A stretch of 64,000 nt of DNA from Vicinamibacteria bacterium (GCA_963796915.1 CAWCNI010000004.1:2693419-2757418); one strand, 5' to 3'. Positions 40,638 to 48,426 are shown, counted from the first letter of the stretch. Numbers and translations: made by a program. Notes: generated by a model from the sequence alone, not told the origin.

Positions 40638-41654
40638 ATGCTCGCCAGCTTGCTGGGCCTCACGACCGATCTCGCCATCGATCTGGGGACAGCCAACACG
40701 TGTGTCTTCGCCTGCGGACGCGGCATCGTCCTCAACGAGCCGTCTGTCGTCGCCTACAACACGGCGCACAACCGCATCGAGGCCGTGGGCGCGAAAGCAC
40801 GCGACATGATCGGGCGGACGCCGAAGGACCTGATGGCGGTGCGTCCCATGCGCGACGGCGTGATCGCGGACTTCGAGGCGGCCGAGCGGATGCTGACCGA
40901 CTTCATCAAGCGGGCTACGCGTCACTCCGGCTGGGTCAGGCCGCGCGTGGTCATCGGCGTGCCGGCGGAGACCACGCAGGTCGAGCGGCGTGCCGTGCGC
41001 GACAGCACGCTGCGCGCCCGCGCGAGCGAGGTCTACCTCGTCGACGAGCCTGTCGCCGCGGCCATCGGATCGGGGCTGCCGATCACCGAGCCGGTCGGCA
41101 ACATGATCGTGGACATCGGCGGCGGCACCACGGACATCGCCGTCATCTCGCTGGCCGGCATCGTCTACCGGAAGTCCGTCCGCGTCGGCGGCGACGAGAT
41201 GGACGAGGCGATCATGGACTACATGAAGCGCCAGCACAGCCTGCTCATCGGCGAGCGGACCGCCGAGCAGATCAAGATCGACATCGGATCGGCGACGCCG
41301 TTCCAGGCGCCGCAATCGATCGAGGTTCGCGGCCGCCACCTGATCGACGGCCTGCCGAAGCGCATCACCGTGGACGACTGCGAGGTGCGCGAGGCGCTGG
41401 CGCCGACAGTCAACGTGATCGTCCAGGCCGTGCGCGACGCGCTGGAACGCATTCCGCCGGAGCTGTCCGCCGACATCTACGACCACGGCGTCGTCCTGAC
41501 CGGCGGCGGCGCGCTGCTGCACAACCTGCCCGAGCGGCTGCGCAACGACACCGAGTTGCCGGTGCAGCTGGCAGAAGACCCGCTCACCTCTGTCGTCCGC
41601 GGCGCGGGCCGGATGCTGTCGAACTTCGCGCTGTTGAAGAAGCTGGCGTCCTGA
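40638..41654 (+). CDS. mreB: rod shape-determining protein MreB (copy 2, tandem paralog)
   Basis: Start MLASLLGLTTDLAIDLGTANTCVFACGRGIVLNEPSVVAY (ATG 40638). Collinear with copy 1 along the whole length and roughly three quarters identical by eye. Confidence 0.9.
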   Translation: MLASLLGLTTDLAIDLGTANTCVFACGRGIVLNEPSVVAYNTAHNRIEAVGAKARDMIGRTPKDLMAVRPMRDGVIADFEAAERMLTDFIKRATRHSGWVRPRVVIGVPAETTQVERRAVRDSTLRARASEVYLVDEPVAAAIGSGLPITEPVGNMIVDIGGGTTDIAVISLAGIVYRKSVRVGGDEMDEAIMDYMKRQHSLLIGERTAEQIKIDIGSATPFQAPQSIEVRGRHLIDGLPKRITVDDCEVREALAPTVNVIVQAVRDALERIPPELSADIYDHGVVLTGGGALLHNLPERLRNDTELPVQLAEDPLTSVVRGAGRMLSNFALLKKLAS

Positions 41655-41665
41655 CGCGGCGGCGT

Positions 41666-41719
41666 CCGTAGCCCGTAGCCCGTAGCCCGTAGCCCGTAGC
41701 CCTAGCCCGTAGCCCGTTA
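41666..41719. repeat. CCGTAGC heptamer microsatellite (about 7.5 units)
   Basis: CCGTAGC x5, then CCTAGC, CCGTAGC, CCGTTA. Fills the convergent gap and runs into the TAA stop (41717-41719) of the NHL-repeat gene. Confidence 0.9.
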
Positions 41720-42713
41720 GGAAACTACTCCCGAGAGCCGCCAGAGCGTGTCGTTGGACGTGACCAGCATGTCGCCCGCGGGATCGAACGCCAGTCCGAT
41801 CAGTCCCTCTCCAGACACGACCAGTTCAGGCTCGGCGCCCGGCCGCAGCCTGAACACGCCGCTCGCGCCGGCCAGCGCCTCGACGACGTAGAGGACGCCG
41901 TCGGGACCGAAGGCGAGGCCCTGCGGCCGGCCGAAGCCTGTCCACGCGGTATCGACCTGCCCATCGAGGTGCACGCGATAGACCACGTCGCGTGATGTCA
42001 GCGTCGGCCCGGTGACGTAGAGGCAGTGGTCCGGGCCCATCGCCAGGTGAAAAGCGGCGACGGAGGGCGGCAGCGTGGCCAGCATGGTGGCCTGGCCGTT
42101 GGCGCGGACGCGAAAGATGGTGCCCGAGCGGTCGCCGACAAACAGCACCCCGTCGGCGTCGAACGCCAGGCCGCACGCCACGCCGACCTCAGTCACTGCC
42201 GGCTCGTACTGCCCGCTCTCGTCGACGCGATAGACGACGCCCTCGAACCGGCTCGAGACGTGCAGCCGCCCGGTGGGCGAAAACGCCATCGACGTCGGAT
42301 TGACGAGGCCGGCGACGAACGACTCGCGCGTGCCGTCCGGCCTCGACGCGGAAAATCGAGACCGGGACCACTTCGGCGCGGCTGCCGGAGTAGGTGACGT
42401 AGACGCGGCCCTGCGCGTCGACGGCGGGGTTGTCCACCTGGTGCAGCCCGCGCGCGACGACGGCGCCGATGTTGACGATCGGCGGCTCGCCGGCAATTCC
42501 CTCGAGGCGCACCGGCGCCGGGCCGCCGGGCACGTCCGGCGGCACGATCACCACCACCCGCGACCGCCGCGCCGAGACGATGCGGGCGCGCGCGTCGCCC
42601 AGGTGCACGACCGGTCCGGCGACGCCGCCGGGATCCAGTGCGCTCCCGAAAATCGTGAGGCGGCCCCGTTCGCAGGCGGCCCGGGGCACGACGCCCGTAA
42701 TCGACCCGGACAT
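41717..42713 (-). pseudogene. IPT/TIG + NHL/SMP-30-like beta-propeller repeat protein, interrupted by a 1-nt frameshift near 42341
   Basis: N-terminal frame (ORF 42189..42713): MSGSITGVVPRAACERGRLTIFGSAL...VRLEGIAGEPPIVNIGA...GRVYVTYSG...VSIFRVE. C-terminal frame (ORF 41717..42496): PDGTRESFVAGLVNPTSMAFSPTGRLHVSS...GLAFDADGVLFVGDR...GLAFGPDGVLYVVE...GLAFDPAGDMLVTS. The join reads IFRVE|g|PDGTRE. Confidence 0.75.
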
Positions 42714-42782
42714 GGACCTTCGAGCGTAGCACGAGGGCTGCTACACGGTTTCCACTATTGACCGCGTCGCGCAGCACCGCGC

Positions 42783-44094
42783 ATGCTGGTCCGCATGTCG
42801 CGCCGCCGCCTCTGGCCGCTGTGGGTTGCCGTGCTCGTCACGCTCGTCGCCGGGCTTGGCGTGGTGGCGTTCCCGACCTTCTACATCATGCCCTTCCGCC
42901 CGCAGGCGGGAACGGCGATGCAGTGGGCGCTGACGGCGCGGACGTTCGCGCCGATGATCACCGCCGTTACCTCCGTGCTGGCGGTGCTGCTCTCGGCGAT
43001 GCTGGTGCTGCGCCTGCGCCGGTGGTGGAGTCGCGGCCTGGCGCTGCTCGTCGTGCTGCCGATGTTCGCCGGCGCGTGGTTCGCCCGCCAGAACCACTTC
43101 GAGTGGATGTTCAACCCGCTGCCGCAGCCGACCTACAGCGACGCGGCAAAGGCGACCTTCGTCCACGACACCGACGTCGTGATGGCCATCGTCGTCGGCA
43201 AGCAGGCGGTCGCCTATCCGATCCTGCAACTCGCCTATCACCATCTGGTCAACGACGTCGTCGCCGGCGAGCCTGTCGTCGCCACGTATTGAACGCTCTG
43301 CCACACCGGTCTGGTGTGGAGCCGCGCGGTGGGGGGCCGGACGCTGACGTTCCGTCTGGCCGGCATCAACAACCAGAACTTCGTGATGCGCGACGAGCAG
43401 ACCGGCTCGTGGTGGCAGCAGGTGTCGGGCCGGGCGATCGCCGGTCCGCTCAAGGGCCAGCGCCTGACGCTGGTGCCGCACGACGAGTTGACGTTCGCCA
43501 CGTGGAAGACCGAGCAGCCGCACGGGCGGGTGCTCGATCGCGACAAGCGCGCCGTCGCGGACGATGACTATGCCGAGCCCGACTGGGAGGAGCACGTCGG
43601 GCGCTACCCGGTGAAGGTGGCGGTGCCGCCAGGCGGGCCGATCGAGCCGCGCACGATCGTCGTCGGCGTGACCATCGGCGGGAAGAGCAAGGCGTGGCCG
43701 CAGGCGAGCGTGATGTCGGCCGGCGCGACCATCGATCAGATCGGCGACGTGCCGCTGGCGCTCGTCGTCGCGCCCGACGGCCGATCCATCCGCGTCTTCG
43801 ATCGCCGCGTGAACGGCCAGACGCTGACGTTCGTCCGCGCGGGGACGGCAATCGCCACCAGCGCGCTGCTCGATGTCGAGACGATGAGCGAGTGGGACTT
43901 CGAAGGCAGGGCGCAAACGGGCGAGCTGGCTGGCGCGCAGCTCAAGACTGTGGACTACCTGCTCGACTACTGGTTCGACTGGAAGACGTACCACGCCCGA
44001 CACGGTGGTGGTGAAGCCGTGGGAGCCGCCAGCCAAGCGCCGCAAGATGCCGGAGATCCCGCGGCCCGACGGCACGCCAGCGCCCAAGAAGTAA
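42783..44094 (+). CDS. DUF3179-family membrane protein with an in-frame TGA (43290-43292, candidate selenocysteine) and a 1-nt frameshift near 43995
   Basis: ORFs 42783..43292 and 43314..44207 are in the same frame and separated only by the TGA. The sequence reads ...AYPILQLAYHHLVNDVVAGEPVVATY-TGA-TLCHTGLVWSRAVGGRTLTFRLAGINNQNFVMRDEQTGSWWQQVSG..., matching the DUF3179 core as I remember it (TYCPLC...DReTxSxWsQ). Removing the g at 43995 gives ...DYWFDWKTYHPDTVVVKPWEPPAKRRKMPEIPRPDGTPAPKK-TAA (44092-44094). Confidence 0.7.
43301..43319 (+). promoter_or_regulatory. SECIS-like hairpin 8 nt downstream of the in-frame UGA
   Basis: Perfect 7-bp stem CCACACC / GGTGTGG with apical loop GGTCT. The loop starts 15 nt after the UGA. 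The GGUC(U) loop resembles the SelB-binding apical loop of the E. coli fdhF SECIS (GCA-GGUC-UGC). Confidence 0.5.
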
Positions 44095-44112
44095 GGCGGG
44101 CACGACCGAAGC

Positions 44113-44220
44113 CTGTAGGGCCGATCTTCCGCCTTCGCGCGGAGCGCTTTGGCGGACTCGCCATAGCCTTGGCGGAGGCGGTCAGACGGCCATCCCGGCG
44201 CATCTAAAGATGCGCCCTAC
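44113..44220. repeat. composite repeat: a palindromic unit split by a 53-nt structured insert, plus an adjacent GGCGCATCTAAAGATGCGCC unit
   Basis: CTGTAGGGCCGATCTT[CCGCCTTCGCGCGGAGCGCTTTGGCGGACTCGCCATAGCCTTGGCGGAGGCGG]TCAGACGGCC (44113-44191), then GGCGCATCTAAAGATGCGCCCTAC (44197-44220). The insert is ~93% identical to the reverse complement of 62435-62487. Confidence 0.85.
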
Positions 44221-44226
44221 CGACAC

Positions 44227-44317
44227 CCGTAGCCCGTAGCCCGTAGCCCGGAGCCCGGAGCCCGTAGCCCGGAGCCCGGAGCCCGTAGCCCGTAGCCCGT
44301 AGCCCGTAGCCCGTAGC
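44227..44317. repeat. CCGTAGC / CCGGAGC heptamer microsatellite (13 units)
   Basis: Unit order T T T G G T G G T T T T T (T = CCGTAGC, G = CCGGAGC), perfectly phased. Confidence 0.95.
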
Positions 44318-44323
44318 CTGGAG

Positions 44324-44343
44324 GGCCAATCTTTAGATTGGCC
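44324..44343. repeat. palindromic unit GGCCAATCTTTAGATTGGCC
   Basis: 9-bp perfect arms around TT. Lies 8 nt from the HNH gene stop (44352). Confidence 0.85.
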
Positions 44344-44351
44344 AACCCTGC

Positions 44352-44885
44352 CTACGTGTCGTCGAGCTCGACGTTCCAGTACAGGTAGTCTCGCCAGCTG
44401 TCGGGCGCCTGTCGCACGCCGATCGTGAAGCGGACCGCCGGTGCGGAGTCGGGGCGGCGCGGCACCGTCATCAGCCGCATCCCGGCCTCGTCAGGCGTAC
44501 GTCCGCCCTTGCGCCGGTTGCAGGTCACGCAGCAGGTGACGATGTTCTCCCAGTCCTTCCGGCCGCCCTGGGCCACGGGGATGACGTGGTCGAACGTGAG
44601 ATCGCTTGTGTGGAAGGAGTGCCCGCAGTACAGGCAGCGGTGCTTGTCCCGCGCGTAGATGTTGGCGCGGGAAAACGGCACGTAGTCGATCCGTCGTTTG
44701 ATCCGGACGAACCGCAGCAGGCGTATCACCGACGGCAGCTTGAAGCTGACCGAGACGGAGTGCACCTCGCGGTCGTAGACCGAGATCACCTCGACCTTCC
44801 CCTGGCACCACAAGGTGAGCGCCTTGCGCCAGTGGACGACCTTCAGCGGTTCATACGTCGCGTTAAGCAGGAGCGTCTGCTCCAT
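44352..44885 (-). CDS. HNH endonuclease family protein
   Basis: ...RDKHRCLYCGHSFHTSDLTFDHVIPVAQGGRKDWENIVTCCVTCNRRKG (the HNH/CxxC...CxxC zinc finger), with an N-terminal LLLNATYEPLKVV module. Confidence 0.85.
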   Translation of the reverse strand: MEQTLLLNATYEPLKVVHWRKALTLWCQGKVEVISVYDREVHSVSVSFKLPSVIRLLRFVRIKRRIDYVPFSRANIYARDKHRCLYCGHSFHTSDLTFDHVIPVAQGGRKDWENIVTCCVTCNRRKGGRTPDEAGMRLMTVPRRPDSAPAVRFTIGVRQAPDSWRDYLYWNVELDDT

Positions 44886-44978
44886 GCCACAGTATAGTGG
44901 GGACCGGGCGGCGGCCTGTCAAGATACTGGGGTCCTGCCCCCTCCTGCCAGGCCTGCGACGCGCCGATAAGCAGGAAC

Positions 44979-45509
44979 ATGAACGCGCGTGCACTCCTGG
45001 GCATCGCCCTGGGCGCCGTCATCGTCTCGGCGGCCGCCTGCGCGTCCAGCCGGGTGGCCGGGCGCCCGCCGGAGTTGCCGCAGCCGGAAGCCGCGCCGGA
45101 GCCGGCCCCGCTGGTCATCCCGGGGGCTCCTTCGGGCGACGGGTTCACCATCGCGCGCACCGCCCTGCGCCTGCAGGGCATCCCCTACCGGGTCGGCGGC
45201 ACCGACACGCACGGCTTCGATTGCAGCGGCTTCGTGCAGTACGTCTTCGGCCTCTATGGGGTGGCGCTGCCCCGCGTGGTGCGCGACCAGTTCCGCACCG
45301 GCCACCGCGTCGGCCTGGAAGACCTGGAGCCGGGCGACCTGGTATTTTTTTCCACCGCAGGCGACGAGGTGTCGCACGTCGGCATCGTGATTGGCGGCGA
45401 TCGGTTCGTGCACGCGCCGAACTCACGCGGCGTCGTGCGCGTGGACAGCCTGGCGTCCGCCTACTGGGGCGGACACGTGGTGGGCGCGCGGCGGATGAGC
45501 GGGAGTTGA
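44979..45509 (+). CDS. NlpC/P60 (C40) peptidoglycan endopeptidase lipoprotein
   Basis: Lipobox VSAAAC. Catalytic GFDCSGFVQYVF...SHVGIVIGGDRFVHAPNS. Confidence 0.88.
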   Translation: MNARALLGIALGAVIVSAAACASSRVAGRPPELPQPEAAPEPAPLVIPGAPSGDGFTIARTALRLQGIPYRVGGTDTHGFDCSGFVQYVFGLYGVALPRVVRDQFRTGHRVGLEDLEPGDLVFFSTAGDEVSHVGIVIGGDRFVHAPNSRGVVRVDSLASAYWGGHVVGARRMSGS

Positions 45510-45517
45510 TTCGACGG

Positions 45518-45611
45518 CCGTAGCTGGCAGCGAGCGGTGGGCAGCAGGCAGCGAGCGGCCGCTACCCGCCGCATCCTGCCAGCTGCCAGCTGCCTGCGGC
45601 CAGCTGCCGCG
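45518..45611. repeat. GGCAGC / GCTGCC inverted low-complexity repeat (long imperfect hairpin) at a convergent junction
   Basis: The left half CCGTAGCTGGCAGCGAGCGGTGGGCAGCAGGCAGCGAGCGG is G-rich. The right half CATCCTGCCAGCTGCCAGCTGCCTGCGGCCAGCTGCCGCG is the complementary motif. The element begins with one CCGTAGC unit. Confidence 0.75.
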
Positions 45612-45621
45612 ATAAAAGCCG

Positions 45622-46428
45622 TCAGGCGGCGCGGGTGATCGGGATGCGGCGCGACGTGCGCGAGCTGAACTCCCGCACTTCGAGATCGGCTTCGGTGAAG
45701 CTGCGGCGGCCGGCCGCCGCGCGGACGGGCTCCACGCGAACGCCGGCTTCAATGGCCGGCTGCTCGGCGAGCACCTCGACGTAGCGCTGCGGAAACGACG
45801 GGAAACCGCGGAACGTCGTCCCCACCACGCGGCCCATGCGGCGTTCCAGGCCGTCGAAATCGAATGTCAGGAACTCCAGCAGCGAGGGGTCGGGGCGCGT
45901 CGCCAGGTAGGCCTTGGTCATCCGCACCACGTCCTCGAAGAACTCCGGGCTGTGCGTGCGCGTGCTGTGGCGGCCGGCCGCGCCGGGCAGGCGCCGGATG
46001 CCGTTGTGCGTCGGATCGACGTGGTAGAGCTCGTGGACGATGGTGTCCAGCTTCGCCAGCCAGGGCTCGGCGCCGGGGTACGACGCCTGCTTGTGCGCGC
46101 GGGCGATCGTCTGATCGCAGAAGCGCGGCAGGCAGAACGAGATCATGTAGTCGATGGTGGTCCCGCCCATGCGCACGTCGGGCGACTTGGTGACGAACCA
46201 TTCCGAACGCCGGGTCATGTGCCCGGTGCGGCGGTCGCGCCAGAAGTAGTAGCTCGGCTCGCTCGACGGGATGCTGATGGCGTGGCAGGTGGCGTAGGCG
46301 CCCTCGGCGTCCGAGCGCCCGAAGCGCGAGAACACCAGCACGCGCGACATGTCCACGTGCGCAAACTCCGGCACGCGACTCACGATGTCTTCCATCAAGC
46401 GCGTGACGTGGTCCGTGTAGTTGATCAT
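45622..46428 (-). CDS. putative zinc metallopeptidase (HExxH) of unknown family
   Basis: HELYH motif (LDTIVHELYHVDPTHNG). Start set at MINYTDHV (ATG 46428-46426) to avoid overlapping mtgA. The upstream start of ORF 45622..46518 (first residue at 46518) is an alternative. Confidence 0.6.
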   Translation of the reverse strand: MINYTDHVTRLMEDIVSRVPEFAHVDMSRVLVFSRFGRSDAEGAYATCHAISIPSSEPSYYFWRDRRTGHMTRRSEWFVTKSPDVRMGGTTIDYMISFCLPRFCDQTIARAHKQASYPGAEPWLAKLDTIVHELYHVDPTHNGIRRLPGAAGRHSTRTHSPEFFEDVVRMTKAYLATRPDPSLLEFLTFDFDGLERRMGRVVGTTFRGFPSFPQRYVEVLAEQPAIEAGVRVEPVRAAAGRRSFTEADLEVREFSSRTSRRIPITRAA

Positions 46429-46474
46429 CCGCTCGGGTTGGTGCGTCTCGCCGTGAGTTGCGCGCCCGCGTTTG

Positions 46475-47524
46475 TCACAATGGGCGTTCCTTATATCGGT
46501 CGTCATATCGAGTGTCAAGATAGCTTCTGCACACTCTGCTGACGTTGATCCAGATCAAGTCCCGCGCCAACGCGCGCGGCGCGTTCGCCGCAACGGATGG
46601 GCTTGATTCCGGCGGCTTCTCCGCCGGTTTTTCATTCGGCTTTTCTGGTGTCGGCGCCGGCGACTGATCAGGCGGCACCGGCGGCTGCTCTTCCGGCTGT
46701 GGTGGCGGCGGTGTCGCCGGCGTGTCTTCGCCGGGTGACGGCGGCGTCATTTCCGGCTCTGGCGTGACCGGCACGATGGGCTCGGGCTGGACCTCGGGCG
46801 CCGGCGGCTCCGGCTCCTCCGGCGCTTCCGCCGGAGGCGTGACCAGACCCATCCGCCGCAGGATGATCTGCTGCCGGCGCCTCAGCCTGGCGGTGGGGTG
46901 TGCCGGGCTGTGCACGCGCGGGTTGATGATCGCGCCGGCCAGCAGCGCGGCCTCCTCCGGCGAGAGCGAGTTGGCGGAGCGGCCGAAATAGGTCCGCGCC
47001 GCTGCCTCCGCGCCGTAGACGCCGTCGCCCCACTCGATGACGTTCAGGTACAGCTCGAGGATGCGGCGCTTGGAGAGCGAGGCCTCGAGCCGCCGCGCGA
47101 TGAGCACCTCGCGGAGCTTGCGGATCGGGTTCTTGGACGGCGACAGGTAGAGATTCTTCGCCAGCTGCTGCGTGATGGTGCTGCCGCCGCGCGTGGCGTG
47201 GCCCGTTTCCAGGTTCTTCTCGATCGACTCCTTCAGCTGCTCGACGTCCACCCCGTCATGCGTCCAGAACGCATCGTCCTCGGCGACGAGCACGGCCTTG
47301 CGGAGGTTGGGCGAGATGGCTTCGTAGCGCGCCCAGCGCTGGACGCGGCGCGGTGTCTTGCCCTCGTGGCGTGCTTCCTCGTTTCGGAGCTCGATGAAGG
47401 CCGTCGTGGCCGGATTGGAGACCGCCAGGGGACGGACATCCGGCAGCGTCAAAAAGACGTAGGCAAGGAGCGCGAATCCGGCGGCCGGGAGGCCGAAGAG
47501 TATTTGAGCGGCACGACGCCGCAT
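46475..47524 (-). CDS. mtgA: monofunctional peptidoglycan glycosyltransferase with a Pro-rich C-terminal tail
   Basis: GT51 motifs VLVAEDDAFWTHDGVD, RGGSTITQQLAKNLYL, RKLREVLIARRLE and ILELYLNVIEWGDGVYG. TM anchor at the N-terminus. The C-terminal ~100 aa is a PEP-rich low-complexity region. Confidence 0.88.
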   Translation of the reverse strand: MRRRAAQILFGLPAAGFALLAYVFLTLPDVRPLAVSNPATTAFIELRNEEARHEGKTPRRVQRWARYEAISPNLRKAVLVAEDDAFWTHDGVDVEQLKESIEKNLETGHATRGGSTITQQLAKNLYLSPSKNPIRKLREVLIARRLEASLSKRRILELYLNVIEWGDGVYGAEAAARTYFGRSANSLSPEEAALLAGAIINPRVHSPAHPTARLRRRQQIILRRMGLVTPPAEAPEEPEPPAPEVQPEPIVPVTPEPEMTPPSPGEDTPATPPPPQPEEQPPVPPDQSPAPTPEKPNEKPAEKPPESSPSVAANAPRALARDLIWINVSRVCRSYLDTRYDDRYKERPL

Positions 47525-47625
47525 GCCGGGATTATAGCGTCAGACCTCGACTGATCGCGCCGGCAGTGCCGGCCCCGACCGTTTCGGCGCGCTCCGGCGT
47601 CAAACAAAGAGGGGCCCGTCGTCCG

Positions 47626-48165
47626 ATGATTCAGCTGAGATCCAGGGTTGCCGCGCTGGCGGTGGTGACTGTGCTCGCGCTGTCGGTTACGCCACGCGTG
47701 ACTGCCGGCGAGACGGCGCTCGCCGCCATCCGCATCGACAACTTCGGCCAGATCAACGCCCACTACTATCGCGGCGCGCAGCCGCGGCCCGACGACTACG
47801 CCGACCTCGCGGCGCTCGGCGTCAGGACGGTGATCGATCTGACCAGGGACGGCCGCGACGACGAGCGGGGCTTCGTCGAAGCGCACGGGATGCGCTTCGT
47901 GCGCATTCCGCTCACGACCAGCGAGCGTCCGCCAGACGCGGCGATCGCGCAGTTCCTCTCGATCGTCAACGACCCGGCGAACCAGCCGGTCTACGTGCAC
48001 TGCCAGGGCGGCCGGCATCGCACAGGCACGATGACCGCGGTCTACCGGATGGCAGACGACGGCTGGACGGCGGATCGCGCGTATCAGGAGATGAAGCAGT
48101 ACCGCTTCGAAGGCTTCCCCGACCACCCGACGCTTCGGAAATTTATCTACAGCTATCAACCGTAG
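47626..48165 (+). CDS. secreted protein-tyrosine/dual-specificity phosphatase (CX5R)
   Basis: Signal-like MIQLRSRVAALAVVTVLALSV. Active site VHCQGGRHRTGTMTAVY. Confidence 0.8.
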   Translation: MIQLRSRVAALAVVTVLALSVTPRVTAGETALAAIRIDNFGQINAHYYRGAQPRPDDYADLAALGVRTVIDLTRDGRDDERGFVEAHGMRFVRIPLTTSERPPDAAIAQFLSIVNDPANQPVYVHCQGGRHRTGTMTAVYRMADDGWTADRAYQEMKQYRFEGFPDHPTLRKFIYSYQP

Positions 48166-48177
48166 CGACGCTTGCAG

Positions 48178-48261
48178 GTGCTGCAGTGCTGGGGTGCGTG
48201 TGAAGTGCTGGGGTGCGGCAGTGCGTGCTGAAGTGCTGCAGTGCTAAGGTGCTGCAGTGCG
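48178..48261. repeat. GTGCTGCAGTGC / GTGCTGAAGTGC-type short tandem array (reverse orientation of 33351-33440)
   Basis: GTGCTGCAGTGCTGGGGTGCGTGTGAAGTGCTGGGGTGCGGCAGTGCGTGCTGAAGTGCTGCAGTGCTAAGGTGCTGCAGTGCG. Confidence 0.8.
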
Positions 48262-48290
48262 TTGCCCCTGCTGGCACTAGCGCAGTCGGG

Positions 48291-48420
48291 CCTCTGCCCT
48301 GGCCCGGTCTCCTGCCTTAGCCTTGCCTTCTTCCTCGGCCTTGCCCTGCCGTTGCCCTGCACCTGCCCTTGCCCCTGCCGTGCCTTTGCCCTGCCCTTGC
48401 CGTGCCGCTGCCCCGGCCCC
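48291..48420. repeat. C-rich GCCCTTGCCCTGCC-type array (G-rich, G-quadruplex-capable on the minus strand)
   Basis: ...GCCTTGCCCTGCCGTTGCCCTGCACCTGCCCTTGCCCCTGCCGTGCCTTTGCCCTGCCCTTGCCGTGCC.... The minus strand reads GGCAAGGGCAGGGCAAAGGCACGGCAGGGGCAAGGGCAGG. Confidence 0.8.
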
Positions 48421-48426
48421 TTTGGG

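Noticed and set aside
43967-44203. Similar 'protein' fragments in ORFs 43967..44203(-) and 62251..62718(+) (ASPPKRSA(R/Q)RRKIGPT)
   Set aside because: The similarity is produced by translating the two inverted copies of the intergenic 75-nt repeat element. Neither ORF has coding context.
44227-44317. Heptamer and other tandem arrays as possible CRISPR arrays
   Set aside because: The units are 7-12 nt and directly abutting, with no unique spacers. No cas genes are present. They are microsatellite or REP-like repeats.
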